Assembly: GCA_964057225.1 (NCBI GenBank)
Contig: OZ059897.1
Coordinates: forward strand, 22,506,001 to 22,570,000
Direction: 5' to 3'
Source of the DNA: Auanema rhodensis
Lineage: Eukaryota; Animalia; Nematoda
DNA: 64,000 bases
Each line of letters starts with the position of its first letter. Position 1 is the first letter of the stretch. This document shows, piece by piece, positions 26,226-39,778 of this stretch. The notes below the pieces were generated by a model, which saw only the letters and a program-made list of their open reading frames with translations, was not told where the DNA came from and searched no databases. The translations under genes and the position numbers were made by a program.

Positions 26226-29200
26226 TCTAATTTTGAAAACCGCATCTCTTTATCTTTCACGTGAAGCGAGTTACATACCAAGTGCACATCACGTGTACAT
26301 TTAATTAGCATAAATTAAAGTTCACGTAAATTTCAAAGTCATGGTGACCATGCACCAATATCAATAAAAATTTGTTTTTAGACTAATATGGACATGGGGA
26401 ATCTAATTTTGAAAACCACATCTCTTTATCTTTCACGTGAAGCGAGTTACATACCAAGTGCACATCACGTGTACATTTAATTAGCATAAATTAAAGTTCA
26501 CGTAAATTTCAAAGTCATGGTTACCATGCACCAATATCAATAAAAATTTGTTTTTAGACTAATATGGACATGGGGAATCTAATTTTGAAAACCGCATCTC
26601 TTTATCTTTCACGTGAAGCGAGTTACATACCAAGTGCACATCACGTGTACATTTAATTAGCATAAATTAAAGTTCACGTAAATTTCAAAGTCATGGTTAC
26701 CATGCACCAATATCAATAAAAATTTGTTTTTAGACTAATATGGACATGGGGAATCTAATTTTGAAAACCGCATCTCTTTATCTTTCACGTGAAGCGAGTT
26801 ACATACCAAGTGCACATCACGTGTACATTTAATTAGCATAAATTAAAGTTCACGTAAATTTCAAAGTCATGGTTACCATGCACCAATATCAATAAAAATT
26901 TGTTTTTAGACTAATATGGACATGGGGAGTCTAATTTTGAAAACCGCATCTCTTTATCTTTCACGTGAAGCGAGTTACATACCAAGTGCACATCACGTGT
27001 ACATTTAATTAGCATAAATTAAAGTTCACGTAAATTTCAAAGTCATGGTTACCATGAACCAATATCAATAAAAATTTGTTTTTAGACTAATATGGACATG
27101 GGGAATCTAATTTTGAAAACCGCATCTCTTTATCTTTCACGTGAAGCGAGTTACATACCAAGTGCACATCACGTGTACATTTAATTAGCATAAATTAAAG
27201 TTCACGTAAATTTCAAAGTCATGGTTACCATGCACCAATATCAATAAAAATTTGTTTTTAGACTAATATGGACATGGGGAATCTAATTTTGAAAACCGCA
27301 TCTCTTTATCTTTCACGTGAAGCGAGTTACATACCAAGTGCACATCACGTGTACATTTAATTAGCATAAATTAAAGTTCACGTAAATTTCAAAGTCATGG
27401 TTACCATGCACCAATATCAATAAAAATTTGTTTTTAGACTAATATGGACATGGGGAATCTAATTTTGAAAACCGCATCTCTTTATCTTTCACGTGAAGCG
27501 AGTTACATACCAAGTGCACATCACGTGTACATTTAATTAGCATAAATTAAAGTTCACGTAAATTTCAAAGTCATGGTTACCATTCACCAATATCAATAAA
27601 AATTTGTTTTTAGACTAATATGGACATGGGGAATCTAATTTTGAAAACCGCATCTCTTCATCTTTTAGGTGAAGCGAGTTACATACCAAGTGCACATCAC
27701 GTGTACATTTAATTAGCATAAATTAAAGTTCACGTAAATTTCAAAGTCATGGTTACCATGCACCAATATCAATAAAAATTTGTTTTTAGACTAATATGGA
27801 CATGGGGAATCTAATTTTGAAAACCGCATCTCTTTATCTTTCACGTGAAGCGAGTTACATACCAAGTGCACATCACGTGTACATTTAATTAGCATAAATT
27901 AAAGTTCACGTAAATTTCAAAGTCATGGTTACCATTCACCAATATCAATAAAAATTTGTTTTTAGACTAATATGGACATGGGGAATCTAATTTTGAAAAC
28001 CGCATCTCTTCATCTTTTAGGTGAAGCGAGTTACATACCAAGTGCACATCACGTGTACATTTAATTAGCATAAATTAAAGTTCACGTAAATTTCAAAGTC
28101 ATGGTTACCATGCACCAATATCAATAAAAATTTGTTTTTAGACTAATATGGACATGGGGAATCTAATTTTGAAAACCGCATCTCTTTATCTTTCACGTGA
28201 AGCGAGTTACATACCAAGTGCACATCACGTGTACATTTAATTAGCATAAATTAAAGTTCACGTAAATTTCAAAGTCATGGTTACCATGCACCAATATCAA
28301 TAAAAATTTGTTTTTAGACTAATATGGACATGGGGAATCTAATTTTGAAAACCTCATCTCTTTATCTTTCACGTGAAGCGAGTTACATACCAAGTGCACA
28401 TCACGTGTACATTTAATTAGCATAAATTAAAGTTCACGTAAATTTCAAAGTCATGGTTACCATGAACCAATATCAATAAAAATTTGTTTTTAGACTAATA
28501 TGGACATGGGGAATCTAATTTTGAAAACCGCATCTCTTTATCTTTCACGTGAAGCGAGTTACATACCAAGTGCACATCACGTGTACATTTAATTAGCATA
28601 AATTAAAGTTCACGTAAATTTCAAAGTCATGGTTACCATGCACCAATATCAATAAAAATTTGTTTTTAGACTAATATGGACATGGGGAATCTAATTTTGA
28701 AAACCGCATCTCTTTATCTTTCACGTGAAGCGAGTTACATACCAAGTGCACATCACGTGTACATTTAATTAGCATAAATTAAAGTTCACGTAAATTTCAA
28801 AGTCATGGTTACCATGAACCAATATCAATAAAAATTTGTTTTTAGACTAATATGGACATGGGGAATCTAATTTTGAAAACCGCATCTCTTTATCTTTCAC
28901 GTGAAGCGAGTTACATACCAAGTGCACATCACGTGTACATTTAATTAGCATAAATTAAAGTTCACGTAAATTTCAAAGTCATGGTGACCATGCACCAATA
29001 TCAATAAAAATTTGTTTTTAGACTAATATGGACATGGGGAATCTAATTTTGAAAACCACATCTCTTTATCTTTCACGTGAAGCGAGTTACATACCAAGTG
29101 CACATCACGTGTACATTTAATTAGCATAAATTAAAGTTCACGTAAATTTCAAAGTCATGGTTACCATGCACCAATATCAATAAAAATTTGTTTTTAGACT

Positions 29201-32033
29201 AATATGGACATGGGGAATCTAATTTTGAAAACCGCATCTCTTTATCTTTCACGTGAAGCGAGTTACATACCAAGTGCACATCACGTGTACATTTAATTAG
29301 CATAAATTAAAGTTCACGTAAATTTCAAAGTCATGGTTACCATGCACCAATATCAATAAAAATTTGTTTTTAGACTAATATGGACATGGGGAATCTAATT
29401 TTGAAAACCGCATCTCTTTATCTTTCACGTGAAGCGAGTTACATACCAAGTGCACATCACGTGTACATTTAATTAGCATAAATTAAAGTTCACGTAAATT
29501 TCAAAGTCATGGTTACCATGCACCAATATCAATAAAAATTTGTTTTTAGACTAATATGGACATGGGGAGTCTAATTTTGAAAACCGCATCTCTTTATCTT
29601 TCACGTGAAGCGAGTTACATACCAAGTGCACATCACGTGTACATTTAATTAGCATAAATTAAAGTTCACGTAAATTTCAAAGTCATGGTTACCATGAACC
29701 AATATCAATAAAAATTTGTTTTTAGACTAATATGGACATGGGGAATCTAATTTTGAAAACCGCATCTCTTTATCTTTCACGTGAAGCGAGTTACATACCA
29801 AGTGCACATCACGTGTACATTTAATTAGCATAAATTAAAGTTCACGTAAATTTCAAAGTCATGGTTACCATGCACCAATATCAATAAAAATTTGTTTTTA
29901 GACTAATATAGACATGGGGAATCTAATTTTGAAAACCTCATCTCTTTATCTTTCACGTGAAGCGAGTTACATACCAAGTGCACATCACGTGTACATTTAA
30001 TTAGCATAAATTAAAGTTCACGTAAATTTCAAAGTCATGGTTACCATGAACCAATATCAATAAAAATTTGTTTTTAGACTAATATGGACATGGGGAATCT
30101 AATTTTGAAAACCGCATCTCTTTATCTTTCACGTGAAGCGAGTTACATACCAAGTGCACATCACGTGTACATTTAATTAGCATAAATTAAAGTTCACGTA
30201 AATTTCAAAGTCATGGTTACCATGAACCAATATCAATAAAAATTTGTTTTTAGACTAATATGGACATGGGAAATCTAATTTTGAAAACCGCATCTCTTTA
30301 TCTTTCACGTGAAGCGAGTTACATACCAAGTGCACATCACGTGTACATTCAATTAGCATAAATTAAAGTTCACGTAAATTTCAAAGTCATGGTTACCATG
30401 AAGCAATATCAATAAAAATTTGTTTTTAGACTAATATGGACATGGGGAATCTAATTTTGAAAACCGCATCTCTTTATCTTTCACGTGAAGCGAGTTACAT
30501 ACCAAGTGCACATCACGTGTACATTTAATTAGCATAAATTAAAGTTCACGTAAATTTCAAAGTCATGGTGACCATGCACCAATATCAATAAAAATTTGTT
30601 TTTAGACTAATATGGACATGGGGAATCTAATTTTGAAAACCACATCTTTTTATCTTTCACGTGAAGCGAGTTACATACCAAGTGCACATCACGTGTACAT
30701 TTAATTAGCATAAATTAAAGTTCACGTAAATTTCAAAGTCATGGTTACCATGCACCAATATCAATAAAAATTTGTTTTTAGACTAATATGGACATGGGGA
30801 ATCTAATTTTGAAAACCGCATCTCTTTATCTTTCACGTGAAGCGAGTTACATACCAAGTGCACATCACGTGTACATTTAATTAGCATAAATTAAAGTTCA
30901 CGTAAATTTCAAAGTCATGGTTACCATGCACCAATATCAATAAAAATTTGTTTTTAGACTAATATGGACATGGGGAGTCTAATTTTGAAAACCGCATCTC
31001 TTTATCTTTCACGTGAAGCGAGTTACATACCAAGTGCACATCACGTGTACATTTAATTAGCATAAATTAAAGTTCACGTAAATTTCAAAGTCATGGTTAC
31101 CATGAACCAATATCAATAAAAATTTGTTTTTAGACTAATATGGACATGGGGAATCTAATTTTGAAAACCGCATCTCTTTATCTTTCACGTGAAGCGAGTT
31201 ACATACCAAGTGCACATCACGTGTACATTTAATTAGCATAAATTAAAGTTCACGTAAATTTCAAAGTCATGGTTACCATGCACCAATATCAATAAAAATT
31301 TGTTTTTAGACTAATATGGACATGGGGAATCTAATTTTGAAAACCTCATCTCTTTATCTTTCACGTGAAGCGAGTTACATACCAAGTGCACATCACGTGT
31401 ACATTTAATTAGCATAAATTAAAGTTCACGTAAATTTCAAAGTCATGGTTACCATGAACCAATATCAATAAAAATTTGTTTTTAGACTAATATGGACATG
31501 GGGAATCTAATTTTGAAAACCGCATCTCTTTATCTTTCACGTGAAGCGAGTTACATACCAAGTGCACATCACGTGTACATTTAATTAGCATAAATTAAAG
31601 TTCACGTAAATTTCAAAGTCATGGTTACCATGAACCAATATCAATAAAAATTTGTTTTTAGACTAATATGGACATGGGAAATCTAATTTTGAAAACCGCA
31701 TCTCTTTATCTTTCACGTGAAGCGAGTTACATACCAAGTGCACATCACGTGTACATTCAATTAGCATAAATTAAAGTTCACGTAAATTTCAAAGTCATGG
31801 TTACCATGAAGCAATATCAATAAAAATTTGTTTTTAGACTAATATGGACATGGGGAATCTAATTTTGAAAACCGCATCTCTTTATCTTTCACGTGAAGCG
31901 AGTTACATACCAAGTGCACATCACGTGTACATTTAATTAGCATAAATTAAAGTTCACGTAAATTTCAAAGTCATGGTGACCATGCACCAATATCAATAAA
32001 AATTTGTTTTTAGACTAATATGGACATGAGGGA
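26226..32033. repeat. Variable-length higher-order repeat (15, 9 and 8 monomers)
   Basis: GGTGACC marker at 26346, 28986, 30570 and 31978. The first three are each followed in order by ACCAC, GGGGAGT and ACCTC variants. Confidence 0.85.
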
Positions 32034-34850
32034 TCTAATTTTGAAAACCGCATCTCTTTATCTTTCACGTGAAGCGAGTTACATACCAAGTGCACATCAC
32101 GTGTACATTTAATTAGCATAAATTAAAGTTCACGTAAATTTCAAAGTCATGGTTACCATGCACCAATATCAATAAAAATTTGTTTTTAGACTAATATGGA
32201 CATGGGGAATCTAATTTTGAAAACCGCATCTCTTCATCTTTCACGTGAAGCGAGTTACATACCAAGTGCACATCACGTGTACATTTAATTAGCATAAATT
32301 AAAGTTCACGTAAATTTCAAAGTCATGGTTACCATTCACCAATATCAATAAAAATTTGTTTTTAGACTAATATGGACATGGGGAATCTAATTTTGAAAAC
32401 CGCATCTCTTTATCTTTCACGTGAAGCGAGTTACATACCAAGTGCACATCACGTGTACATTTAATTAGCATAAATTAAAGTTCACGTAAATTTCAAAGTC
32501 ATGGTTACCATGAACCAATATCAATAAAAATTTGTTTTTAGACTAATATGGACATGGGAAATCTAATTTTGAAAACCGCATCTCTTTATCTTTCACGTGA
32601 AGCGAGTTACATACCAAGTGCACATCACGTGTACATTTAATTAGCATAAATTAAAGTTCACGTAAATTTCAAAGTCATGGTTACCATGAACCAATATCAA
32701 TAAAAATTTGTTTTTAGACTAATATGGACATGAGGAATCTAATTTTGAAAACCGCATCTCTTTATCTTTCACGTGAAGCGAGTTACATACCAAGTGCACA
32801 TCACGTGTACATTTAATTAGCATAAATTAAAGTTCACGTAAATTTCAAAGTCATGGTTACCATGCACCAATATCAATAAAAATTTGTTTTTAGACTAATA
32901 TGGACATGGGGAATCTAATTTTGAAAACCGCATCTCTTTATCTTTCACGTGAAGCGAGTTACATACCAAGTGCACATCACGTGTACATTTAATTAGCATA
33001 AATTAAAGTTCACGTAAATTTCAAAGTCATGGTTACCATGCACCAATATCAATAAAAATTTGTTTTTAGACTAATATGGACATGGGGAATCTAATTTTGA
33101 AAACCGCATCTCTTTATCTTTCACGTGAAGCGAGTTACATACCAAGTGCACATCACGTGTACATTTAATTAGCATAAATTAAAGTTCACGTAAATTTCAA
33201 AGTCATGGTTACCATGCACCAATATCAATAAAAATTTGTTTTTAGACTAATATGGACATGGGGAATCTAATTTTGAAAACCGCTTCTCTTTATCTTTCAC
33301 GTGAAGCGAGTTACATACCAAGTGCACATCACGTGTACATTTAATTAGCATAAATTAAAGTTCACGTAAATTTCAAAGTCATGGTTACCATGAACCAATA
33401 TCAATAAAAATTTGTTTTTAGACTAATATGGACATGGGAAATCTAATTTTGAAAACCGCATCTCTTTATCTTTCACGTGAAGCGAGTTACATACCAAGTG
33501 CACATCACGTGTACATTCAATTAGCATAAATTAAAGTTCACGTAAATTTCAAAGTCATGGTTACCATGCACCAATATCAATAAAAATTTGTTTTTAGACT
33601 AATATGGACATGGGGAATCTAATTTTGAAAACCGCATCTCTTTATCTTTCACGTGAAGCGAGTAACATACCAAGTGCACATCACGTGTACATTTAAATTA
33701 GCATAAATTAAAGTTCACGTAAATTTCAAAGTCATGGTTACCATGAACCAATATCAATAAAAATTTGTTTTTAGACTAATATGGACATGGGGAATCTAAT
33801 TTTGAAAACCGCATCTCTTTATCTTTCACGTGAAGCGAGTTACATACCAAGTGCACATCACGTGTACATTTAATTAGCATAAATTAAAGTTCACGTAAAT
33901 TTCAAAGTCATGGTTACCATGAACCAATATCAATAAAAATTTGTTTTTAGACTAATATGGACATGGGGAATCTAATTTTGAAAACCGCATCTCTTTATCT
34001 TTCACGTGAAGCGAGTTACATACCAAGTGCACATCACGTGTACATTTAATTAGCATAAATTAAAGTTCACGTAAATTTCAAAGTCATGGTTACCATGCAC
34101 CAATATCAATAAAAATTTGTTTTTAGACTAATATGGACATGGGGAATCTAATTTTGAAAACCGCATCTCTTTATCTTTCACGTGAAGCGAGTTACATACC
34201 AAGTGCACATCACGTGTACATTTAATTAGCATAAATTAAAGTTCACGTAAATTTCAAAGTCATGGTTACCATGCACCAATATCAATAAAAATTTGTTTTT
34301 AGACTAATATGGACATGGGGAATCTAATTTTGAAAACCGCATCTCTTTATCTTTCACGTGAAGCGAGTTACATACCAAGTGCACATCACGTGTACATTTA
34401 ATTAGCATAAATTAAAGTTCACGTGAATTTCAAAGTCATGGTTACCATGCACCAATATCAATAAAAATTTGTTTTTAGACTAATATGGACATGGGGAATC
34501 TAATTTTGAAAACCGCATCTCTTTATCTTTCACGTGAAGCGAGTTACATACCAAGTGCACATCACGTGTACATTTAATTAGCATAAATTAAAGTTCACGT
34601 AAATTTCAAAGTCATGGTTACCATGCACCAATATCAATAAAAATTTGTTTTTAGACTAATATGGACATGGGGAATCTAATTTTGAAAACCGCATCTCTTT
34701 ATCTTTCACGTGAAGCGAGTTACATACCAAGTGCACATCACGTGTACATTTAATTAGCATAAATTAAAGTTCACGTAAATTTCAAAGTCATGGTTACCAT
34801 GAACCAATATCAATAAAAATTTGTTTTTAGACTAATATGGACATGGAGAA

Positions 34851-37800
34851 TCTAATTTTGAAAACCGCATCTCTTTATCTTTCACGTGAAGCGAGTTACA
34901 TACCAAGTGCACATCACGTGTACATTTAATTAGCATAAATTAAAGTTCACGTAAATTTCAAAGTCATGGTTACCATGCACCAATATCAATAAAAATTTGT
35001 TTTTAGACTAATATGGACATGGGGAATCTAATTTTGAAAACCGCATCTCTTTATCTTTCACGTGAAGCGAGTTACATACCAAGTGCACATCACGTGTACA
35101 TTTAATTAGCATAAATTAAAGTTCACGTAAATTTCAAAGTCATGGTTACCATGCACCAATATCAATAAAAATTTGTTTTTAGACTAATATGGACATGGGG
35201 AATCTAATTTTGAAAACCGCATCTCTTTATCTTTCACGTGAAGCGAGTTACATACCAAGTGCACATCACGTGTACATTTAATTAGCATAAATTAAAGTTC
35301 ACGTAAATTTCAAAGTCATGGTTACCATGCACCAATATCAATAAAAATTTGTTTTTAGACTAATATGGACATGGGGAATCTAATTTTGAAAACCGCATCT
35401 CTTCATCTTTCACGTGAAGCGAGTTACATACCAAGTGCACATCACGTGTACATTTAATTAGCATAAATTAAAGTTCACGTAAATTTCAAAGTCATGGTTA
35501 CCATGCACCAATATCAATAAAAATTTGTTTTTAGACTAATATGGACATGGGGAATCTAATTTTGAAAACCGCATCTCTTCATCTTTTACGTGAAGCGAGT
35601 TACATACCAAGTGCACATCACGTGTACATTTAATGAGCATAAATTAAAGTTCACGTAAATTTCAAAGTCATGGTTACCATGAACTAATATCAATAAAAAT
35701 TTGTTTTTAGACTAATATGGACATGGGGAATCTAATTTTGAAAACCGCATCTCTTTATCTTTCACGTGAAGCGAGTTACATACCAAGTGCACATCACGTG
35801 TACATTTAATTAGCATAAATTAAAGTTCACGTAAATTTCAAAGTCATGGTTACCATGCACCAATATCAATAAAAATTTGTTTTTAAACTAATATGGACAT
35901 GGGGAATCTAATTTTGAAAACCGCATCTCTTTATCTTTCACGTGAAGCGAGTTACATACCAAGTGCACATCACGTGTACATTTAATTAGCATAAATTAAA
36001 GTTCACGTAAATTTCAAAGTCATGGTTACCATGCACCAATATCAATAAAAATTTGTTTTTAGACTAATATGGACATGGGGAATCTAATTTTGAAAACCGC
36101 ATCTCCTTATCTTTCACGTTAAGCGAGTTACATACCAAGTGCACATCACGTGTACATTTAATTAGCATAAATTAAAGTTCACGTAAATTTCAAAGTCATG
36201 GTTACCATGAACCAATATCAATAAAAATTTGTTTTTAGACTAATATGGACATGGGGAATCTAATTTTGAAAACCGCATCTCTTTATCTTTCACGTGAAGC
36301 GAGTTACATACCAAGTGCTCATCACGTGTACATTTAATTAGCATAAATTAAAGTTCACGTAAATTTCAAAGTCATGGTTACCATGAACCAATATCAATAA
36401 AAATTTGTTTTTAGACTAATATGGACATGGGGAATCTAATTTTGAAAACCGCATCTCTTTATCTTTCACGTGAAGCGAGTTACATACCAAGTGCCCATCA
36501 CGTGTACATTTAATTAGCATAAATTAAAGTTCACGTAAATTTCAAAGTCATGGTTACCATGCACCAATATCAATAAAAATTTGTTTTTAGACTAATATGG
36601 ACATGGGGAATCTAATTTTGAAAACCGCATCTCGTTATCTTTCACGTGAAGCGAGTTACATACCAAGTGCACATCACGTGTACATTTAATTAGCATAAAT
36701 TAAAGTTCACGTAAATTTCAAAGTCATGGTTACCATGCACCAATATCAATAAAAATTTGTTTTTAGACTAATATGGACATGGGGAATCTAATTTTGAAAA
36801 CCGCATCTCTTTATCTTTCACGTGAAGCGAGTTACATACCAAGTGCACATCACGTGTACATTTAATTAGCATAAATTAAAGTTCACGTAAATCTCAAAGT
36901 CATGGTTACCATGCACCAATATCAATAAAAATTTGTTTTTAGACTAATATGGACATGGGGAATCTAATTTTGAAAACCGCATCTCTTTATCTTTCACGTG
37001 AAGCGAGTTACATACCAAGTGCACATCACGTGTACATTTAATTAGCATAAATTAAAGTTCACGTAAATTTCAAAGTCATGGTTACCATGAACCAATATCA
37101 ATAAAAATTTGTTTTTAGACTAATATGGACATGGGGAATCTAATTTTGAAAACCGCATCTCTTTATCTTTCACGTGAAGCGAGTTACATACCAAGTGCAC
37201 ATCACGTGTACATTTAATTAGCATAAATTAAAGTTCACGTAAATTTCAAAGTCATGGTTACCATGAACCAATATCAATAAAAATTTGTTTTTAGACTAAT
37301 ATGGACATGGGGAATCTAATTTTGAAAACCGCATCTCTTTATCTTTCACGTGAAGCGAGTTACATACCAAGTGCACATCACGTGTACATTTAATTAGCAT
37401 AAATTAAAGTTCACGTAAATTTCAAAGTCATGGTTACCATGCACCAATATCAATAAAAATTTGTTTTTAGACTAATATGGACATGGGGAATCTAATTTTG
37501 AAAACCGCATCTCTTTATCTTTCACGTGAAGCGAGTTACATACCAAGTGCACATCACGTGTACATTTAATTAGCATAAATTAAAGTTCACGTAAATTTCA
37601 AAGTCATGGTTACCATGCACCAATATCAATAAAAATTTGTTTTTAGACTAATATGGACATGGGGAATCTAATTTTGAAAACCGCATCTCTTTATCTTTCA
37701 CGTGAAGCGAGTTACATACCAAGTGCACATCACGTGTACATTTAATTAGCATAAATTAAAGTTCACGTAAATTTCAAAGTCATGGTTACCATGCACCAAT

Positions 37801-39778
37801 ATCAATAAAAATTTGTTTTTAGACTAATATGGACATGGGGAATCTAATTTTGAAAACCGCATCTCTTCATCTTTCACGTGAAGCGAGTTACATACCAAGT
37901 GCACATCACGTGTACATTTAATTAGCATAAATTAAAGTTCACGTAAATTTCAAAGTCATGGTTACCATGCACCAATATCAATAAAAATTTGTTTTTAGAC
38001 TAATATGGACATGGGGAATCTAATTTTGAAAACCGCATCTCTTCATCTTTTACGTGAAGCGAGTTACATACCAAGTGCACATCACGTGTACATTTAATGA
38101 GCATAAATTAAAGTTCACGTAAATTTCAAAGTCATGGTTACCATGAACTAATATCAATAAAAATTTGTTTTTAGACTAATATGGACATGGGGAATCTAAT
38201 TTTGAAAACCGCATCTCTTTATCTTTCACGTGAAGCGAGTTACATACCAAGTGCACATCACGTGTACATTTAATTAGCATAAATTAAAGTTCACGTAAAT
38301 TTCAAAGTCATGGTTACCATGCACCAATATCAATAAAAATTTGTTTTTAAACTAATATGGACATGGGGAATCTAATTTTGAAAACCGCATCTCTTTATCT
38401 TTCACGTGAAGCGAGTTACATACCAAGTGCACATCACGTGTACATTTAATTAGCATAAATTAAAGTTCACGTAAATTTCAAAGTCATGGTTACCATGCAC
38501 CAATATCAATAAAAATTTGTTTTTAGACTAATATGGACATGGGGAATCTAATTTTGAAAACCGCATCTCCTTATCTTTCACGTGAAGCGAGTTACATACC
38601 AAGTGCACATCACGTGTACATTTAATTAGCATAAATTAAAGTTCACGTAAATTTCAAAGTCATGGTTACCATGAACCAATATCAATAAAAATTTGTTTTT
38701 AGACTAATATGGACATGGGGAATCTAATTTTGAAAACCGCATCTCTTTATCTTTCACGTGAAGCGAGTTACATACCAAGTGCTCATCACGTGTACATTTA
38801 ATTAGCATAAATTAAAGTTCACGTAAATTTCAAAGTCATGGTTACCATGAACCAATATCAATAAAAATTTGTTTTTAGACTAATATGGACATGGGGAATC
38901 TAATTTTGAAAACCGCATCTCTTTATCTTTCACGTGAAGCGAGTTACATACCAAGTGCCCATCACGTGTACATTTAATTAGCATAAATTAAAGTTCACGT
39001 AAATTTCAAAGTCATGGTTACCATGCACCAATATCAATAAAAATTTGTTTTTAGACTAATATGGACATGGGGAATCTAATTTTGAAAACCGCATCTCGTT
39101 ATCTTTCACGTGAAGCGAGTTACATACCAAGTGCACATCACCTGTACATTTAATTAGCATAAATTAAAGTTCACGTAAATTTCAAAGTCATGGTTACCAT
39201 GCACCAATATCAATAAAAATTTGTTTTTAGACTAATATGGACATGGGGAATCTAATTTTGAAAACCGCATCTCTTTATCTTTCACGTGAAGCGAGTTACA
39301 TACCAAGTGCACATCACGTGTACATTTAATTAGCATAAATTAAAGTTCACGTAAATCTCAAAGTCATGGTTACCATGCACCAATATCAATAAAAATTTGT
39401 TTTTAGACTAATATGGACATGGGGAATCTAATTTTGAAAACCGCATCTCTTTATCTTTCACGTGAAGCGAGTTACATACCAAGTGCACATCACGTGTACA
39501 TTTAATTAGCATAAATTAAAGTTCACGTAAATTTCAAAGTCATGGTTACCATGAACCAATATCAATAAAAATTTGTTTTTAGACTAATATGGACATGGGG
39601 AATCTAATTTTGAAAACCGCATCTCTTTATCTTTCACGTGAAGCGAGTTACATACCAAGTGCACATCACGTGTACATTTAATTAGCATAAATTAAAGTTC
39701 ACGTAAATTTCAAAGTCATGGTTACCATGAACCAATATCAATAAAAATTTGTTTTTAGACTAATATGGACATGGGGAA
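34851..39778. repeat. 14-monomer higher-order repeat (2464 bp) x2
   Basis: Rare variants TAATGAG/AACTAA, TTTAAACT, CTCCTT, GTGCTC, GTGCCC, CTCGTT and AATCTC all recur exactly 2464 bp apart. Confidence 0.9.
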
